Shown here: one piece after another, positions 37,195 through 47,877 of the stretch
Position numbering within the stretch: the first letter of the stretch is position 1
Layout of the letters: every line of letters begins with the position of its first letter
Virus record (IMG/VR): IMGVR_UViG_3300032327_000953
Coordinates: 174,136-238,135 of that record
DNA length: 64,000 nucleotides
Strand: one strand, 5' to 3'
Source: a virus
Taxonomy: Duplodnaviria > Caudoviricetes
Notes under the pieces: model-generated
What the model was told of the DNA's origin: nothing
What the model saw: the letters and a program-made list of their open reading frames with translations, nothing else
Database searches by the model: none
Position numbers and translations under genes: made by a program

Positions 37195-39387
37195 ATGTCG
37201 GCGCTTCAAGAATTGCAGAATTATACATTTGTTAGTAAGTATGCCAGATGGATAGAAAGCGAAAATCGCAGAGAAACATGGAAAGAAGCAGTCGATAGAG
37301 TTAGAGAGATGATGCATACTCGATATGACTCATTCGGTATCTCTGAAGATATTGATTGGGCATATGATGTAATGTACAAAAAGAAGGTATTAGGAAGCCA
37401 AAGAGCGCTCCAATTTGGTGGAGAGCCTATCATCAAAAGACACGCTAAAATCTATAACTGCACAAGTTCTTACTGTGATAGATTACGATTTTTTCAGGAA
37501 TGTTTTTGGTTATTGCTGTGTGGTAGTGGTACTGGATTTAGTGTGCAAAAGCATCACGTATCCAAGTTACCAACACTAGAACATAATCCAGAACAAGGTA
37601 TTGCTACCAAATATTTAATTGAAGATAGTATCGAAGGCTGGGCAGATTCATTAGGAGTATTACTTAGTTCTTATTTTAGCAAGCCTATTGACGAATTTAA
37701 AGAATATAAGAATTGTCATGTTGTATTTGATTATTCTAATATCAGAAAGAAAGGTTCTGCTTTAAGCTCTGGGGTAGGAAAAGCTCCTGGTTATGAACCT
37801 TTAGCTAATGGATTAGAAAAAGTCAGAGCCTTGCTTGATAGATGTATTTCTAGTGGTCAAAAGAAACTAAGACCAATTGATGCTTATGACATTATTATGC
37901 ATAGTAGTGATGCTGTATTATCCGGCGGCGTTAGAAGAAGTGCCTCTTTAGCATTATTTAGTCATGATGATAATGAAATGGCCAAAGCAAAGACTGGTAA
38001 TTGGTATATGGAGAATCCACAAAGAGCACGAAGCAATAACTCTGCGCTACTCTTAAAGGAAAATACAACTTATGAAGAATTCTCAGCATTGATGGAATCT
38101 GTCAAAGAATTTGGAGAGCCAGGATTTATCTGGAGCGATTCAACAGAAATGACATTTAATCCATGTGTTGAGGTCGGAATGTGGCCCGTTGATGAAGAAA
38201 GTGGCAAGTCTGGTTGGCAGGGTTGCAATCTATCTACCATTAATTGTGCAAATGTTGCAGATGAGGATGATTTCTATGAGAGATGCAAGGCTGCTGCCAT
38301 AATCGGGACATTACAGGCTGGGTTTACTGATCTTGATTATCTTGGCGATATTAGTAAGAAAATCTTTGCCAGAGAAGCCTTATTGGGCGTTTCTTTGACT
38401 GGTACTATGGAAAAGCACGATATTGTATTGACTGAGAAAGTTCTAAAGAATGGGGCTAAAATAGCAGTCGAAACCAATAAAGAATTTTCCAAAAAGATCA
38501 AAATCAACCAAGCTGCCAGAGTCACCTGTTTAAAACCAGAGGGTACTTCCTCAAGTATGTTAGGAACGTCCTCTGGAATCCATCCTCACCACGCTAAACG
38601 CTATATTAGGCATGTGCAGGCTAATATTCTAGAAGCTCCATATCAACACTTTAAAAAGGTCAATCCACAAGCTTGTGAAAAGTCCTCTTGGTCGGCCAAT
38701 AATACCGATGAAGTGGTTAAATTTCCTATTGAGGTTCCAGATGGGGCCAAGTTAAAGAATCAATTACCAGCAATAGAAATGTTATCTGTTGTAAAAGATA
38801 CTCAAAAGAATTGGGTATATTCTGGTAAAAATAGGTCATTATGTACTCAGGACTATCTTAGTCATAATGTTAGCAATACTGTTACAGTTAAGCCTGATGA
38901 ATGGTCTGATGTAACCAAATATATCTATGACAATAGAAAGTATTTTGCTGGTATTTCACTAATTCCACAAAGTGGAGATAAGGATTATCCTCAAGCTCCC
39001 TTTACAACAGTGTATACTAGTAGAGAGATTGTCAAAGAATACGGAGATGCTGCATTGTGGTGCTCCGGATTGATAGAGTTAGGTCTTAATGCTTTTGATA
39101 GTAATCTTTGGGCTGCTTGCGATTATGTAAGCATGAACCAAGGAAAAGATCAAGATGATGAAACTAAACTAAAATTTGTCACCAAAATGAAAAACTTTGC
39201 TGGCAAGTACTTCGATGGAGATGTTAAGAGATTAACATATTGTATGAAAGATGTATACAACTGGAAGCTTTACTGTGATCTATATAATAGCTTTGGCAAA
39301 GTTGATTATACGCAGTTATTGGAGACAGAGGACAACACTTTAGGCATAGAGGAAATTAGTTGTGCTGGCGGCGCATGTCTAATCTAA
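37195..39387 (+). CDS. nrdJ: class II (AdoCbl) monomeric ribonucleoside-triphosphate reductase
   Basis: SKYAR..RRETW, QRALQFGG, YNC, GTGFSV, NPCVE, CNL, KPEGTSS, C-terminal CAGGAC. Confidence 0.92.
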   Translation: MSALQELQNYTFVSKYARWIESENRRETWKEAVDRVREMMHTRYDSFGISEDIDWAYDVMYKKKVLGSQRALQFGGEPIIKRHAKIYNCTSSYCDRLRFFQECFWLLLCGSGTGFSVQKHHVSKLPTLEHNPEQGIATKYLIEDSIEGWADSLGVLLSSYFSKPIDEFKEYKNCHVVFDYSNIRKKGSALSSGVGKAPGYEPLANGLEKVRALLDRCISSGQKKLRPIDAYDIIMHSSDAVLSGGVRRSASLALFSHDDNEMAKAKTGNWYMENPQRARSNNSALLLKENTTYEEFSALMESVKEFGEPGFIWSDSTEMTFNPCVEVGMWPVDEESGKSGWQGCNLSTINCANVADEDDFYERCKAAAIIGTLQAGFTDLDYLGDISKKIFAREALLGVSLTGTMEKHDIVLTEKVLKNGAKIAVETNKEFSKKIKINQAARVTCLKPEGTSSSMLGTSSGIHPHHAKRYIRHVQANILEAPYQHFKKVNPQACEKSSWSANNTDEVVKFPIEVPDGAKLKNQLPAIEMLSVVKDTQKNWVYSGKNRSLCTQDYLSHNVSNTVTVKPDEWSDVTKYIYDNRKYFAGISLIPQSGDKDYPQAPFTTVYTSREIVKEYGDAALWCSGLIELGLNAFDSNLWAACDYVSMNQGKDQDDETKLKFVTKMKNFAGKYFDGDVKRLTYCMKDVYNWKLYCDLYNSFGKVDYTQLLETEDNTLGIEEISCAGGACLI

Positions 39388-39411
39388 ACCTCTAACCCTA
39401 AAGGGGCAAAC

Positions 39412-40131
39412 TTGAGAAAAAAAAATACGTCCAAAAAGAAAAATAATCGTCCTATAGATGCCACTAATAATCTTGAATCACCAATCAAGAATGTCTATAG
39501 GAATAGACTAAAGCCTCGTAGTAAAAATCAACAAGAGTATATTCGTAGTGTTGCTGAAAACTGCATTACTTTATGCCATGGCGTTGCTGGTTGTGGTAAA
39601 ACACACATAGCAATTGGTATGGCTATAGAATATCTTATAGAGGAAAAAGTTAAGAAAATCGTTATTACTAGACCAGTAGTAGAATCCGGCGAAAGAATCG
39701 GATATTTACCTGGAACAGCAGAAGAAAAGCTTCATCCTTACTTATTACCAATTTTGGACGAAATTAATTATTTTATGTCGGCTGGTGAGTATAATACTCA
39801 TAAAACTAATCATAGAATAGAAGTTGTTCCACTAGGTTTAATGAGAGGTAGAAATTTCCATAATACCTTCATTGTTGCTGACGAATGTCAAAATGCATCA
39901 TATGATCAATTAAAAATGCTCTTGACAAGACTAGGTACCGACAGTAAAATGGTATTAACTGGAGATACTAGTCAGTCAGACCTAGCTAAGTTTGCTCGTG
40001 GCGGTTTTGCTACGATGATGGAAGCTTTATCTGGCTTGGAAGGAATCGGTGTTTCTCATTTGGATTATAGCGATATTGTTCGCAATCCAATTATAGAAAA
40101 GATATTATTAAGACTAGACAATATAGATTAA
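39412..40131 (+). CDS. phoH: PhoH-family ATPase
   Basis: GVAGCGKT, ITRP, GYLPG, RGRNF, ADECQN, GDTSQSD; TTG start. Confidence 0.93.
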   Translation: MRKKNTSKKKNNRPIDATNNLESPIKNVYRNRLKPRSKNQQEYIRSVAENCITLCHGVAGCGKTHIAIGMAIEYLIEEKVKKIVITRPVVESGERIGYLPGTAEEKLHPYLLPILDEINYFMSAGEYNTHKTNHRIEVVPLGLMRGRNFHNTFIVADECQNASYDQLKMLLTRLGTDSKMVLTGDTSQSDLAKFARGGFATMMEALSGLEGIGVSHLDYSDIVRNPIIEKILLRLDNID

Positions 40132-40132
40132 T

Positions 40133-40714
40133 ATGCTTCATGAACATAAACAGTGTCTGATATTAAATTCAGACTACTCTCTACTAACAGTTATGCACTG
40201 GCAGAAAGCTATTGTATTGTCTGTTAGACATGGATATAATAAAAATCTGGGTGTTGAGATCCTTGATTTTTATAAAGATGATTTTATTTGTGGAGTTAAT
40301 AATAAAAAACATCCAATACCTGCTGTTGCTAAAACTGTAAAATTCTTAAAAGTATTTAATCATACTGTTAAGTTTTCCAGAATGAATTTATTTATTAGAG
40401 ATAATTATACATGTCAATATTGTGGAATTAGAAAAGAGATTTCTGATTTAACATATGATCATGTCATACCTAAATCAGCTTGGTTGAATGATAGGGCTTC
40501 TCCTACTTCATGGACTAATATTGTAACAGCATGTACAAGATGTAACAGAAGAAAGAGTAATAGAACACCAGCACAAGCAAATATGCCAATTAAGAATCTC
40601 CCAATTGCACCAAGAAAACACGAAAAATACTTGCCAGTAACGTCCTATCTAGCTAACATAAGGTCGAACATCCCAGAAGAATGGGCTTACTATTTGCCAG
40701 GATCATATCAATAA
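40133..40714 (+). CDS. HNH endonuclease
   Basis: RDNYTCQYCG, TYDHVIP, NIVTACTRCNRRK. Confidence 0.9.
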   Translation: MLHEHKQCLILNSDYSLLTVMHWQKAIVLSVRHGYNKNLGVEILDFYKDDFICGVNNKKHPIPAVAKTVKFLKVFNHTVKFSRMNLFIRDNYTCQYCGIRKEISDLTYDHVIPKSAWLNDRASPTSWTNIVTACTRCNRRKSNRTPAQANMPIKNLPIAPRKHEKYLPVTSYLANIRSNIPEEWAYYLPGSYQ

Positions 40715-41115
40715 TGCCAGTTTATTCTTATTTGTGTAATAGTTGTGGAAATAATTTTGAGATATTCTGTAGTTTTTCTCAATATGAAAAGAATCCACCA
40801 CCAAAATGTTCATCATGCTCTTCTAAGTCAACGGTTAGAAGATATGCAGAAGATGTTCAAACCATCAGTTCTTCTATTAAAAAATCAGACTCTGAACTTA
40901 AAACTATTGGAGATATAGCTAATAGAAATAGAGACAGGATGTCTGACGATGAAAAACGAGCAATATATGAAAAACACAATGCTTACAAAGAAGTAGAAAG
41001 CCAGAATGAACTACCAACTGGTATGACAAGGATGAGGAAAACGAATAAAGTACAATGGACAGATAAGCCACTCAGGAAAAAAAGAAAAATCAATGAGAAA
41101 AAATCCAATTCATAA
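40714..41115 (+). CDS. FmdB-family Zn-ribbon protein
   Basis: MPVYSYLCNSCGNNFE...CSSC. Confidence 0.8.
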   Translation: MPVYSYLCNSCGNNFEIFCSFSQYEKNPPPKCSSCSSKSTVRRYAEDVQTISSSIKKSDSELKTIGDIANRNRDRMSDDEKRAIYEKHNAYKEVESQNELPTGMTRMRKTNKVQWTDKPLRKKRKINEKKSNS

Positions 41116-41491
41116 TATTACTAAAAATGATGGGATTAGTGAGTATTATACTTTATTAGGTAATCATTCTTTTCTAGACGACGAAGGTTTCCCTCGCCTG
41201 GATAATGAGTCTTCTGAAATGGTATTTGCTAAATGCATTAGAAATAAACTAACTAAGACTTTTGGATCATCCAGTAAGTTTAGGTTCTATATGCTATTAT
41301 CTCCAAGTAATAAGCCATACAATCCAATTCAAAAAGAAACAATCTCAGACGGCAGAAAATTCATAGATAAGGTTTGCAAAGACCCTTTTACTTTTAAGGA
41401 AGTTAATCAAACCATTTTCCAGAAATATCTAGAATTTTTGAAATCTAAAAATACCAGATGGATCACAGATATAGAAAGAGATTTAAAATAA
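41093..41491 (+). CDS. hypothetical protein, paralog A
   Basis: HSFLDD, KPYNPI, VNQTIF..YLEFL shared with the next gene. Confidence 0.78.
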   Translation: MRKNPIHNITKNDGISEYYTLLGNHSFLDDEGFPRLDNESSEMVFAKCIRNKLTKTFGSSSKFRFYMLLSPSNKPYNPIQKETISDGRKFIDKVCKDPFTFKEVNQTIFQKYLEFLKSKNTRWITDIERDLK

Positions 41492-41865
41492 TGGACAACT
41501 CATTTATCTTCACAAGACAAACGGATTCTGCTGAACAGGCTAAGTTTTTTACTTTCATAGGTGAACACGATTTTTTAGATGAACAAAAGAATCCAAGATC
41601 AACTACAGAAGAAAACGAAAAGACTCTAGCTAAACTTATTATTAGAGAAGATAATAGTAAAAAGTTTATGATTAAGGTTGATGCTACTTATAAACCATAT
41701 AATCCTATTTCTATATATGGCAATAAACAAGCATATAAGAAAATGGACAAGACTAGACCAGAGAGCAAGTTTATATCCGTCAATCAAGAAGCTTTCAACA
41801 ATTATGTGAATTTTTTAAGAACTAGAATTGTTTCGTGGTTACACAATACAGAAAGGTCAATATAA
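41491..41865 (+). CDS. hypothetical protein, paralog B
   Basis: HDFLDE, KPYNPI, VNQEAF..YVNFL. Confidence 0.78.
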   Translation: MDNSFIFTRQTDSAEQAKFFTFIGEHDFLDEQKNPRSTTEENEKTLAKLIIREDNSKKFMIKVDATYKPYNPISIYGNKQAYKKMDKTRPESKFISVNQEAFNNYVNFLRTRIVSWLHNTERSI

Positions 41866-42200
41866 TGGCAAGATTAAATAAGACTCAGAAGTATGCTATT
41901 CAGTGGTTAAATAGTAATGGTAAGACTATTGAAGAAATATCATCTGAATTAGAAATATCAGAAAAGCAAATTGGTTCGGTACTAGAAAAAAATTCTAATG
42001 CAGGAAACAATGATAAGATTCCTGTAGCAACATCAAAGGTTGGCAAGATCCCGAATTTGATGATTAATGAGACAGCGGCCAAGAGAAACAAAGGTGTGGC
42101 GATCATGACCAAGGAAGCCTCAGAAGTTCATGATGCTGCCAGATCAAAGCTTGTTAGTCAAAAGAAAAATGTAGAAGGAATTTTCCGTCCTAGAGGATAA
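41865..42200 (+). CDS. HTH-containing protein
   Basis: GKTIEEISSELEISEKQI. Confidence 0.7.
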   Translation: MARLNKTQKYAIQWLNSNGKTIEEISSELEISEKQIGSVLEKNSNAGNNDKIPVATSKVGKIPNLMINETAAKRNKGVAIMTKEASEVHDAARSKLVSQKKNVEGIFRPRG

Positions 42201-42208
42201 GAATATCA

Positions 42209-42631
42209 ATGGCTGATAAGTACCCATCGAAGTACTCTAACGATAAGCTTGTTTCTGCAGCACAGTATATTACTGAGCTAATTTGTGAAAAGAAAGCGAA
42301 GTTAGATAAAGAAGATGTTCATGCTAAATTTTGGTTAACAAAGAAGTGGGAAGCTTACTATAGGAATCAAATACCAACAGCTAACAAGTTGGTAAAAAAG
42401 TTCAACGATAAAGCTATCATAAGGGCATTGAATAGTCCCAAGGCTCAAAAAATCTATTCTCTGCGAGCGCCACATCTTATTCCTATAATAGAGCAAGAAA
42501 ATGAAAAGATTCAAAAGGAATCCACAGACATAACTACAAAACTAGATAGGTCTGATAAATCTACATTCAGGAAAAACAAAGTAAATAAATCAATTCTATC
42601 AAAATTAGAGGACTTAGATAATGGCTCTTAA
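42209..42631 (+). CDS. hypothetical protein
   Basis: ORF packing upstream of recA. Confidence 0.75.
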   Translation: MADKYPSKYSNDKLVSAAQYITELICEKKAKLDKEDVHAKFWLTKKWEAYYRNQIPTANKLVKKFNDKAIIRALNSPKAQKIYSLRAPHLIPIIEQENEKIQKESTDITTKLDRSDKSTFRKNKVNKSILSKLEDLDNGS

Positions 42632-43640
42632 AGAAGATGTAAAGAAGAATTTTGGCGAAAATGTTATGTTAACAGCCAATTCTGTTATAGATAAAACTAT
42701 GGTAACAATTCCAGTGAGTCCTGCTCTGGATATTGTTTTAAATGGTGGTATACCAGAAGGTTCCTTCGTAATTTTTACTGGTCAACCCAAGTGTGGAAAG
42801 ACTACAACATCCCTAGACTTCTGTGCCACTGCTCAAAGACCAGAGTATGCTTATGGGTCGTTTAAAGAAGGTAGAGAAGTTTATTATCTGAATATTGAGG
42901 GTCGTTTAAAGAAAAGAGACCTAGAAGGTATTCCAGGATTAAATCTAGAAAAATTTAACATTATCGGATCTCAAGAAGGTAAAATCTTACACGCCGAAGA
43001 ATATCTACAAATTGGTGAAAGAATTATTAATGAGATTCCAGGATCAGTAGTTATTATAGACTCCTATTCTGCTTTATGTACAGAAGCAGAAATCACTAGT
43101 GATATGAATAAGATGCAAAGAGCAGATGGTGCTAAACTACTAGCTAAGTTTTGCAGGAAGGTGGCGAATGTTATTCCTGTTAATAGAAATGTAGTTATAG
43201 GTATCACTCATCAAATGGGTAATCCCGGTATGGGTCATAGTGAATGGAAAGAAAAGAGTGGTCAAGCTATTGCATATCAAACAGATATTAAGATTAAAGC
43301 TAACTACTTTAGTCCATGGAATTTAAGTACTGATAGTCCACAAATTGGTCAAGAAGTACATTGGCAAGTTCTCTGCTCTGCATTAGGTGCTCCTGGCGGT
43401 AAAATTACCAGTTATATCAGATATGGACAGGGTATTGATAAGCAGATGGAATTATTAACTCTTGCTGTGGATTTGGGGCTTGTATCTAAAGGTGGTGCAT
43501 GGTATACTATGTCATCTGTCGAGGATAAGCCTAAATTTCAGGGTCTTGAGAAAACAAGACAATATTTAGTAGATCATCCCGAAGTTTATGACGATTTATG
43601 GACGAAGGTCAAGGATACTATGGGAATCAAATGCAAGTAA
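42621..43640 (+). CDS. recA: RecA/UvsX recombinase
   Basis: SPALDIVLNGGIP, GQPKCGKTT, IIDSYSAL, ITHQ, YGQGID. Confidence 0.92.
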   Translation: MALKEDVKKNFGENVMLTANSVIDKTMVTIPVSPALDIVLNGGIPEGSFVIFTGQPKCGKTTTSLDFCATAQRPEYAYGSFKEGREVYYLNIEGRLKKRDLEGIPGLNLEKFNIIGSQEGKILHAEEYLQIGERIINEIPGSVVIIDSYSALCTEAEITSDMNKMQRADGAKLLAKFCRKVANVIPVNRNVVIGITHQMGNPGMGHSEWKEKSGQAIAYQTDIKIKANYFSPWNLSTDSPQIGQEVHWQVLCSALGAPGGKITSYIRYGQGIDKQMELLTLAVDLGLVSKGGAWYTMSSVEDKPKFQGLEKTRQYLVDHPEVYDDLWTKVKDTMGIKCK

Positions 43641-44053
43641 AAGATCTCGACGGTAATTCTTATAATTGGCAACTAATTGGGAATATCGCCCATGGTTCTG
43701 CTAAGAATAAGTCTAGTTTACATTTACAAGCTAGAGATTTGATCCATGAGTGTTTTCCAACACTACAGGTATTAGAAGAAGTCTCTGTAAATATCAGAAG
43801 AACGGAAATTTTATACTTAGATTTTTATCTTCCATTAATTAAAAAATGCGTAGAAGTTCATGGTGAGCAACATTACAAATTTAATAAATTCTTCCATAAT
43901 AGTGCCTTGGGTTTTATAAGACACAAGAAGCGAGATCAAGAAAAACAAGAATGGTGTGCATTAAATGGTATAGAATATATCGAATTACCATTTGACCAAA
44001 TAGACCAATGGAAAGCGAGGATAAAAAATGAATACCAAAGAACAAGTGAATGA
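43631..44053 (+). CDS. PD-(D/E)XK (DUF559/Vsr-like) endonuclease
   Basis: LYLDFYLP..VEVHGEQHY..RDQEK. Confidence 0.78.
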   Translation: MQVKDLDGNSYNWQLIGNIAHGSAKNKSSLHLQARDLIHECFPTLQVLEEVSVNIRRTEILYLDFYLPLIKKCVEVHGEQHYKFNKFFHNSALGFIRHKKRDQEKQEWCALNGIEYIELPFDQIDQWKARIKNEYQRTSE

Positions 44054-44510
44054 ATGGGATAAAATACTAGATGAATATGAAAAAGGTATTGGTCTTGGAA
44101 CTTACAGAGCAGATTCTTTTCCAGAAGAAGAGCTTAATAACTATTTCCAAATGAGTAGGGACGAACTAGAAAAGACAACACCAGAAGTTTGTGGAGAAAT
44201 AGCGTATAGATTAGGCCAATTTGCATTTCATGTTCAGAGGTCTATTAATAGAGAGTTGAGCAGACTAAATTGGGCCGATGAGACCATTAAAGAAACCATA
44301 GCCGAAGAGTTGAATAACTATAAGGGTTATGGATATATTGAAAAGTCCTGTCAGGCAATTAAGAATAATGAAAAAGCAACATCATTAAATAAGATTAAGA
44401 AGTATGCTAAGCAAAGAAGTGATAGGCTTCAATACTTAGCTAATAGTATCAAACATTTGTCAGATATCATGTTATCTATTCAAAGAGCAAAGGTGAAAAA
44501 TGGATCTTGA
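44028..44510 (+). CDS. helical protein, possible UvsY-like recombination mediator
   Basis: Coiled-coil character and position next to recA only. Confidence 0.45.
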   Translation: MNTKEQVNEWDKILDEYEKGIGLGTYRADSFPEEELNNYFQMSRDELEKTTPEVCGEIAYRLGQFAFHVQRSINRELSRLNWADETIKETIAEELNNYKGYGYIEKSCQAIKNNEKATSLNKIKKYAKQRSDRLQYLANSIKHLSDIMLSIQRAKVKNGS

Positions 44511-44889
44511 AAATTTAGCCAGTAATCCAGAACAAATCAAACAATTAATTTCTCTGCTATCATCACTGCTTCCAAAAGATCAAGCAAATGTTATGGAGCA
44601 AGACCCACCAGAAGAACCAGAATCAGTTATTAGAACAAAGAAAGTTAAGCAGGATAAAAAGAGGCATGTTAATAAATTTTTAGCTATGCCAGAATCCAAG
44701 ATGCATAAGGATGATGTCGAGATAGATAAGAAATTACAGAAATACCCACCAACTGCAAGAAATAGAGAATCAGCCTTGGTTGAAGTAACGTGTCGCGTTT
44801 GTGGTAAAACCGAAGAAATTGCAAGTCTGCTCGCATCCGAGAGTCGTGGTAGATATAAGTGTAACCAATGCTCAACAAGTCCGGGGTGA
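44500..44889 (+). CDS. Zn-finger hypothetical protein
   Basis: CRVCG...CNQC. Confidence 0.7.
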   Translation: MDLENLASNPEQIKQLISLLSSLLPKDQANVMEQDPPEEPESVIRTKKVKQDKKRHVNKFLAMPESKMHKDDVEIDKKLQKYPPTARNRESALVEVTCRVCGKTEEIASLLASESRGRYKCNQCSTSPG

Positions 44890-44892
44890 AAA

Positions 44893-45291
44893 ATGTTAGA
44901 TGATTCGATTGTCTCTTCTTTAACAGAGGACGAGAAAAAAGTTTTATTGGACCTGTATATGAAGATTGCAGCAAATGCTGAAAAAAATCAACCTCCAGTA
45001 AACAAAGAAGAAGATCTATTAACAAAGATAGAATATCAAGCACTACATCAGTATGATGCTCTGGAACAAGGCTTATCAAAACTGAATAGTCCAGTAGAAT
45101 TGGTATTCACTATCAATTGCACAGTATATGAGAAGAATCCCGCAGGCGAACTCATTAATAATAATGATATTTTCATCAAGAACTATCATGTGCCACTAGA
45201 GAACCAGAGTCAAATCAAAGAGTTTATTGAGTTGTTTTTTAAGAAATTTGTAAGAGTAACAGAAGACACTTGTAGAGAAGTTATCAAATAA
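44893..45291 (+). CDS. hypothetical protein
   Basis: ORF packing. Confidence 0.7.
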   Translation: MLDDSIVSSLTEDEKKVLLDLYMKIAANAEKNQPPVNKEEDLLTKIEYQALHQYDALEQGLSKLNSPVELVFTINCTVYEKNPAGELINNNDIFIKNYHVPLENQSQIKEFIELFFKKFVRVTEDTCREVIK

Positions 45292-46751
45292 TGATTTTAT
45301 CAGATCCAGCAGCAGAAAGAGCTGTACTTGCCGGTGTGTGTAGCTATGGCGATAAAGCATACTATGACATATCAGATATTCTTTCGGAATCTTGCTTTAC
45401 AATAGATAGCAATGCTCTTCTTTATAAGTGTTTAAAAAACTTATTCGATAAGGGTCATTCTACCAATATAGACATTCCTTCTATAATGTCATCAGCCCAA
45501 GAATTAAATCTTGGACATTTGTTGTCAAAGAAGGAAGAAGCACAGCATCTTAAAGCAGTATTAGACTTTCCAGTAAGTCTAGATAATGTTCGCAAGTTTG
45601 CTGCAAAAATTAAGAAGTTAGATATTGCAAGATTATTGCATAAACAATTAAAGGTTGCTCAGGATAAAATACTTGATGTAAACGGATCAGAAAGCATAGC
45701 GTCGATTCTCAGTATTGCAGAAGATACGGTCTTTGATTTTACTTCAAAGCTAAACGATAGTGAGGCTGGGCCAGAAGCTATTTCTTCTAATCTTGAAGAA
45801 TATATTAAGTATCTGGAAGATCATCCCATTGATCAGGCGGGCATATCAACGGGTTTTAAAATCTATGATCAGGCTATTGGTGGGGGATTAAGAAAGAGTA
45901 CCGTTAATGTTATTGCAGCAAGACCAAAAACGGGCAAAACTCTATTAGCCGATAATATGGGATTTTATATAGCAAATAAGCTAGGTATTCCAGTATTGAA
46001 TATGGATACGGAAATGACCAAAGAAGATCATCTCCATAGAGTATTGGCTATGATGACAGAAATAGAAATTAACACAATCGAAACTGGCAAGTTTGCAGAT
46101 ACCAATGACAAGAAGGCCAAGATAACAGAAGCTGTAGAAGATCTAAAGAAGACTAAACTATACTACAAGACGATTGCTGGTAAGCCATTTGAAGAACAAT
46201 TGTCCATTATGCGTAGATGGATAATTAAGGAGGTTGGTCTTAATGAGGATGGTACAGCAAAAGATTGTGTTATATTCTATGACTATCTAAAGCTCATGGA
46301 CTCTGCTGGAATATCTCAGGATATGAAGGAGTATCAAGTTCTTGGTTTTATGATGACATCCTTGCATAATTTTGCTACAAAATATAAAGTTCCAATTGTG
46401 GCATTCATACAGTTGAATAGAGACGGTATTACTAAAGAGAGTACGGATACAGCATCTGGCTCAGATAGAATCATTTGGCTATGTAGTAATTTTACAATCT
46501 TTAAGAGAAAGTCCGATGAAGAGATAGCTGAAGATGGACCAAATAATGGTAATAGAAAACTAGTACCATTGATTAGCCGACATGGTGGTGGATTGGATGA
46601 CAATGACTATATTAATTGTCAAATGAAGGGGTGGTGCGCTAAGATCACCGAAGGAAATACTAGACTTGAATTAATTAATAACATCAAACCTAAACAGGCT
46701 GACGGATTTATAATAGATGAAAACAATGACCAAGAAATCAACTTCGTATAA
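45291..46751 (+). CDS. dnaB: replicative DNA helicase
   Basis: AERAVL, STGF, AARPKTGKT, DTEM, FYDYLKL, QLNR. Confidence 0.93.
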   Translation: MILSDPAAERAVLAGVCSYGDKAYYDISDILSESCFTIDSNALLYKCLKNLFDKGHSTNIDIPSIMSSAQELNLGHLLSKKEEAQHLKAVLDFPVSLDNVRKFAAKIKKLDIARLLHKQLKVAQDKILDVNGSESIASILSIAEDTVFDFTSKLNDSEAGPEAISSNLEEYIKYLEDHPIDQAGISTGFKIYDQAIGGGLRKSTVNVIAARPKTGKTLLADNMGFYIANKLGIPVLNMDTEMTKEDHLHRVLAMMTEIEINTIETGKFADTNDKKAKITEAVEDLKKTKLYYKTIAGKPFEEQLSIMRRWIIKEVGLNEDGTAKDCVIFYDYLKLMDSAGISQDMKEYQVLGFMMTSLHNFATKYKVPIVAFIQLNRDGITKESTDTASGSDRIIWLCSNFTIFKRKSDEEIAEDGPNNGNRKLVPLISRHGGGLDDNDYINCQMKGWCAKITEGNTRLELINNIKPKQADGFIIDENNDQEINFV

Positions 46752-47877
46752 TCAGAACGAACTTAAATTAATATGCGATGCCTTGTGTGATGATATTGAC
46801 ACAGTTTTGGAAAAGCTTGGAATAGAGTACAAGCAAGCCGGAAGAATGGTATCAATGTCATGCCCTATACATGGTGGAGATAATCCATCAGCATTAAATC
46901 TATATCCAGAGGGCGAAACCTATAGAGGCAATTGGAAGTGTAGAACACACGGATGTGAAAATACTTTCAAGTCTTCAATTATTGGTTTTATTCGTGGAGT
47001 ATTATCACACAAGCAACTAGGATGGATAAAAGAAGGAGACGACTCTGTATCATTTTCTGTGGCTATTAATTTTGCTAAACAAATATTGAAAGATGATTTT
47101 AATGGCATAAAGGTTTCGAAAACACAAATAGAAAAAAGTACGTTCTCTTCTTTTGTAGGTAATGTTTCCGTAAAAGATAAACCAGTAGAAACAGCATCTT
47201 TGGTCTCTAGGAGCGCCGTTAAAAAGAGTCTAAATATACCAGCCCAATATTTCGTGGATCGTGGATTTAGTCCAACAATGCTAGGTAAATATGATGTTGG
47301 TTTGTGTGACAAGCTTGGAAAAGAGATGTACGAAAGGGCAGTTGCTCCAATATATGATAATGATCATAAATTTATGGTAGGATGTACTGGTAGAAGCATA
47401 TTTAATAAATGTGAAAATTGTTCTAGCTATCATAATCCATCAATGTCTTGTCCAGATGTGGAGAATCGTTGGAAACATTCAAAATGGAAACATAACTATG
47501 GATTTAAAACACAAAACCACCTATACAACTTGTGGTTTGCAAAAGACTATATCAGAGACACAAAAACTGTTATAGTAGTTGAAAGCCCAGGAAACGTATG
47601 GAAGTTGGAAGAATGCGGTTTTAGAAATAGTGTTGCAATTTTTGGATCTTCATTAGCAGATAAACAAAAAATGTTATTAGATTCATCTGGGGCAATGCAA
47701 CTAATACTCTTATTAGACAATGATAATGCGGGTAAGCAAGCCACGGATATTATTGCTAAAAAATGCTCCAGAACGTATAACATATATACTCCAACATTCG
47801 TGACTTCGGACATAGCAGATATGGATCAAGAAATTATTATAGAGGAACTTGGTAAACTAACTCAGAGGTTTGTATGA
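46717..47877 (+). CDS. dnaG: DnaG-type primase
   Basis: CPIH..C Zn finger, YFVDRG, TOPRIM VVES and LDND. Confidence 0.88.
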   Translation: MKTMTKKSTSYNQNELKLICDALCDDIDTVLEKLGIEYKQAGRMVSMSCPIHGGDNPSALNLYPEGETYRGNWKCRTHGCENTFKSSIIGFIRGVLSHKQLGWIKEGDDSVSFSVAINFAKQILKDDFNGIKVSKTQIEKSTFSSFVGNVSVKDKPVETASLVSRSAVKKSLNIPAQYFVDRGFSPTMLGKYDVGLCDKLGKEMYERAVAPIYDNDHKFMVGCTGRSIFNKCENCSSYHNPSMSCPDVENRWKHSKWKHNYGFKTQNHLYNLWFAKDYIRDTKTVIVVESPGNVWKLEECGFRNSVAIFGSSLADKQKMLLDSSGAMQLILLLDNDNAGKQATDIIAKKCSRTYNIYTPTFVTSDIADMDQEIIIEELGKLTQRFV

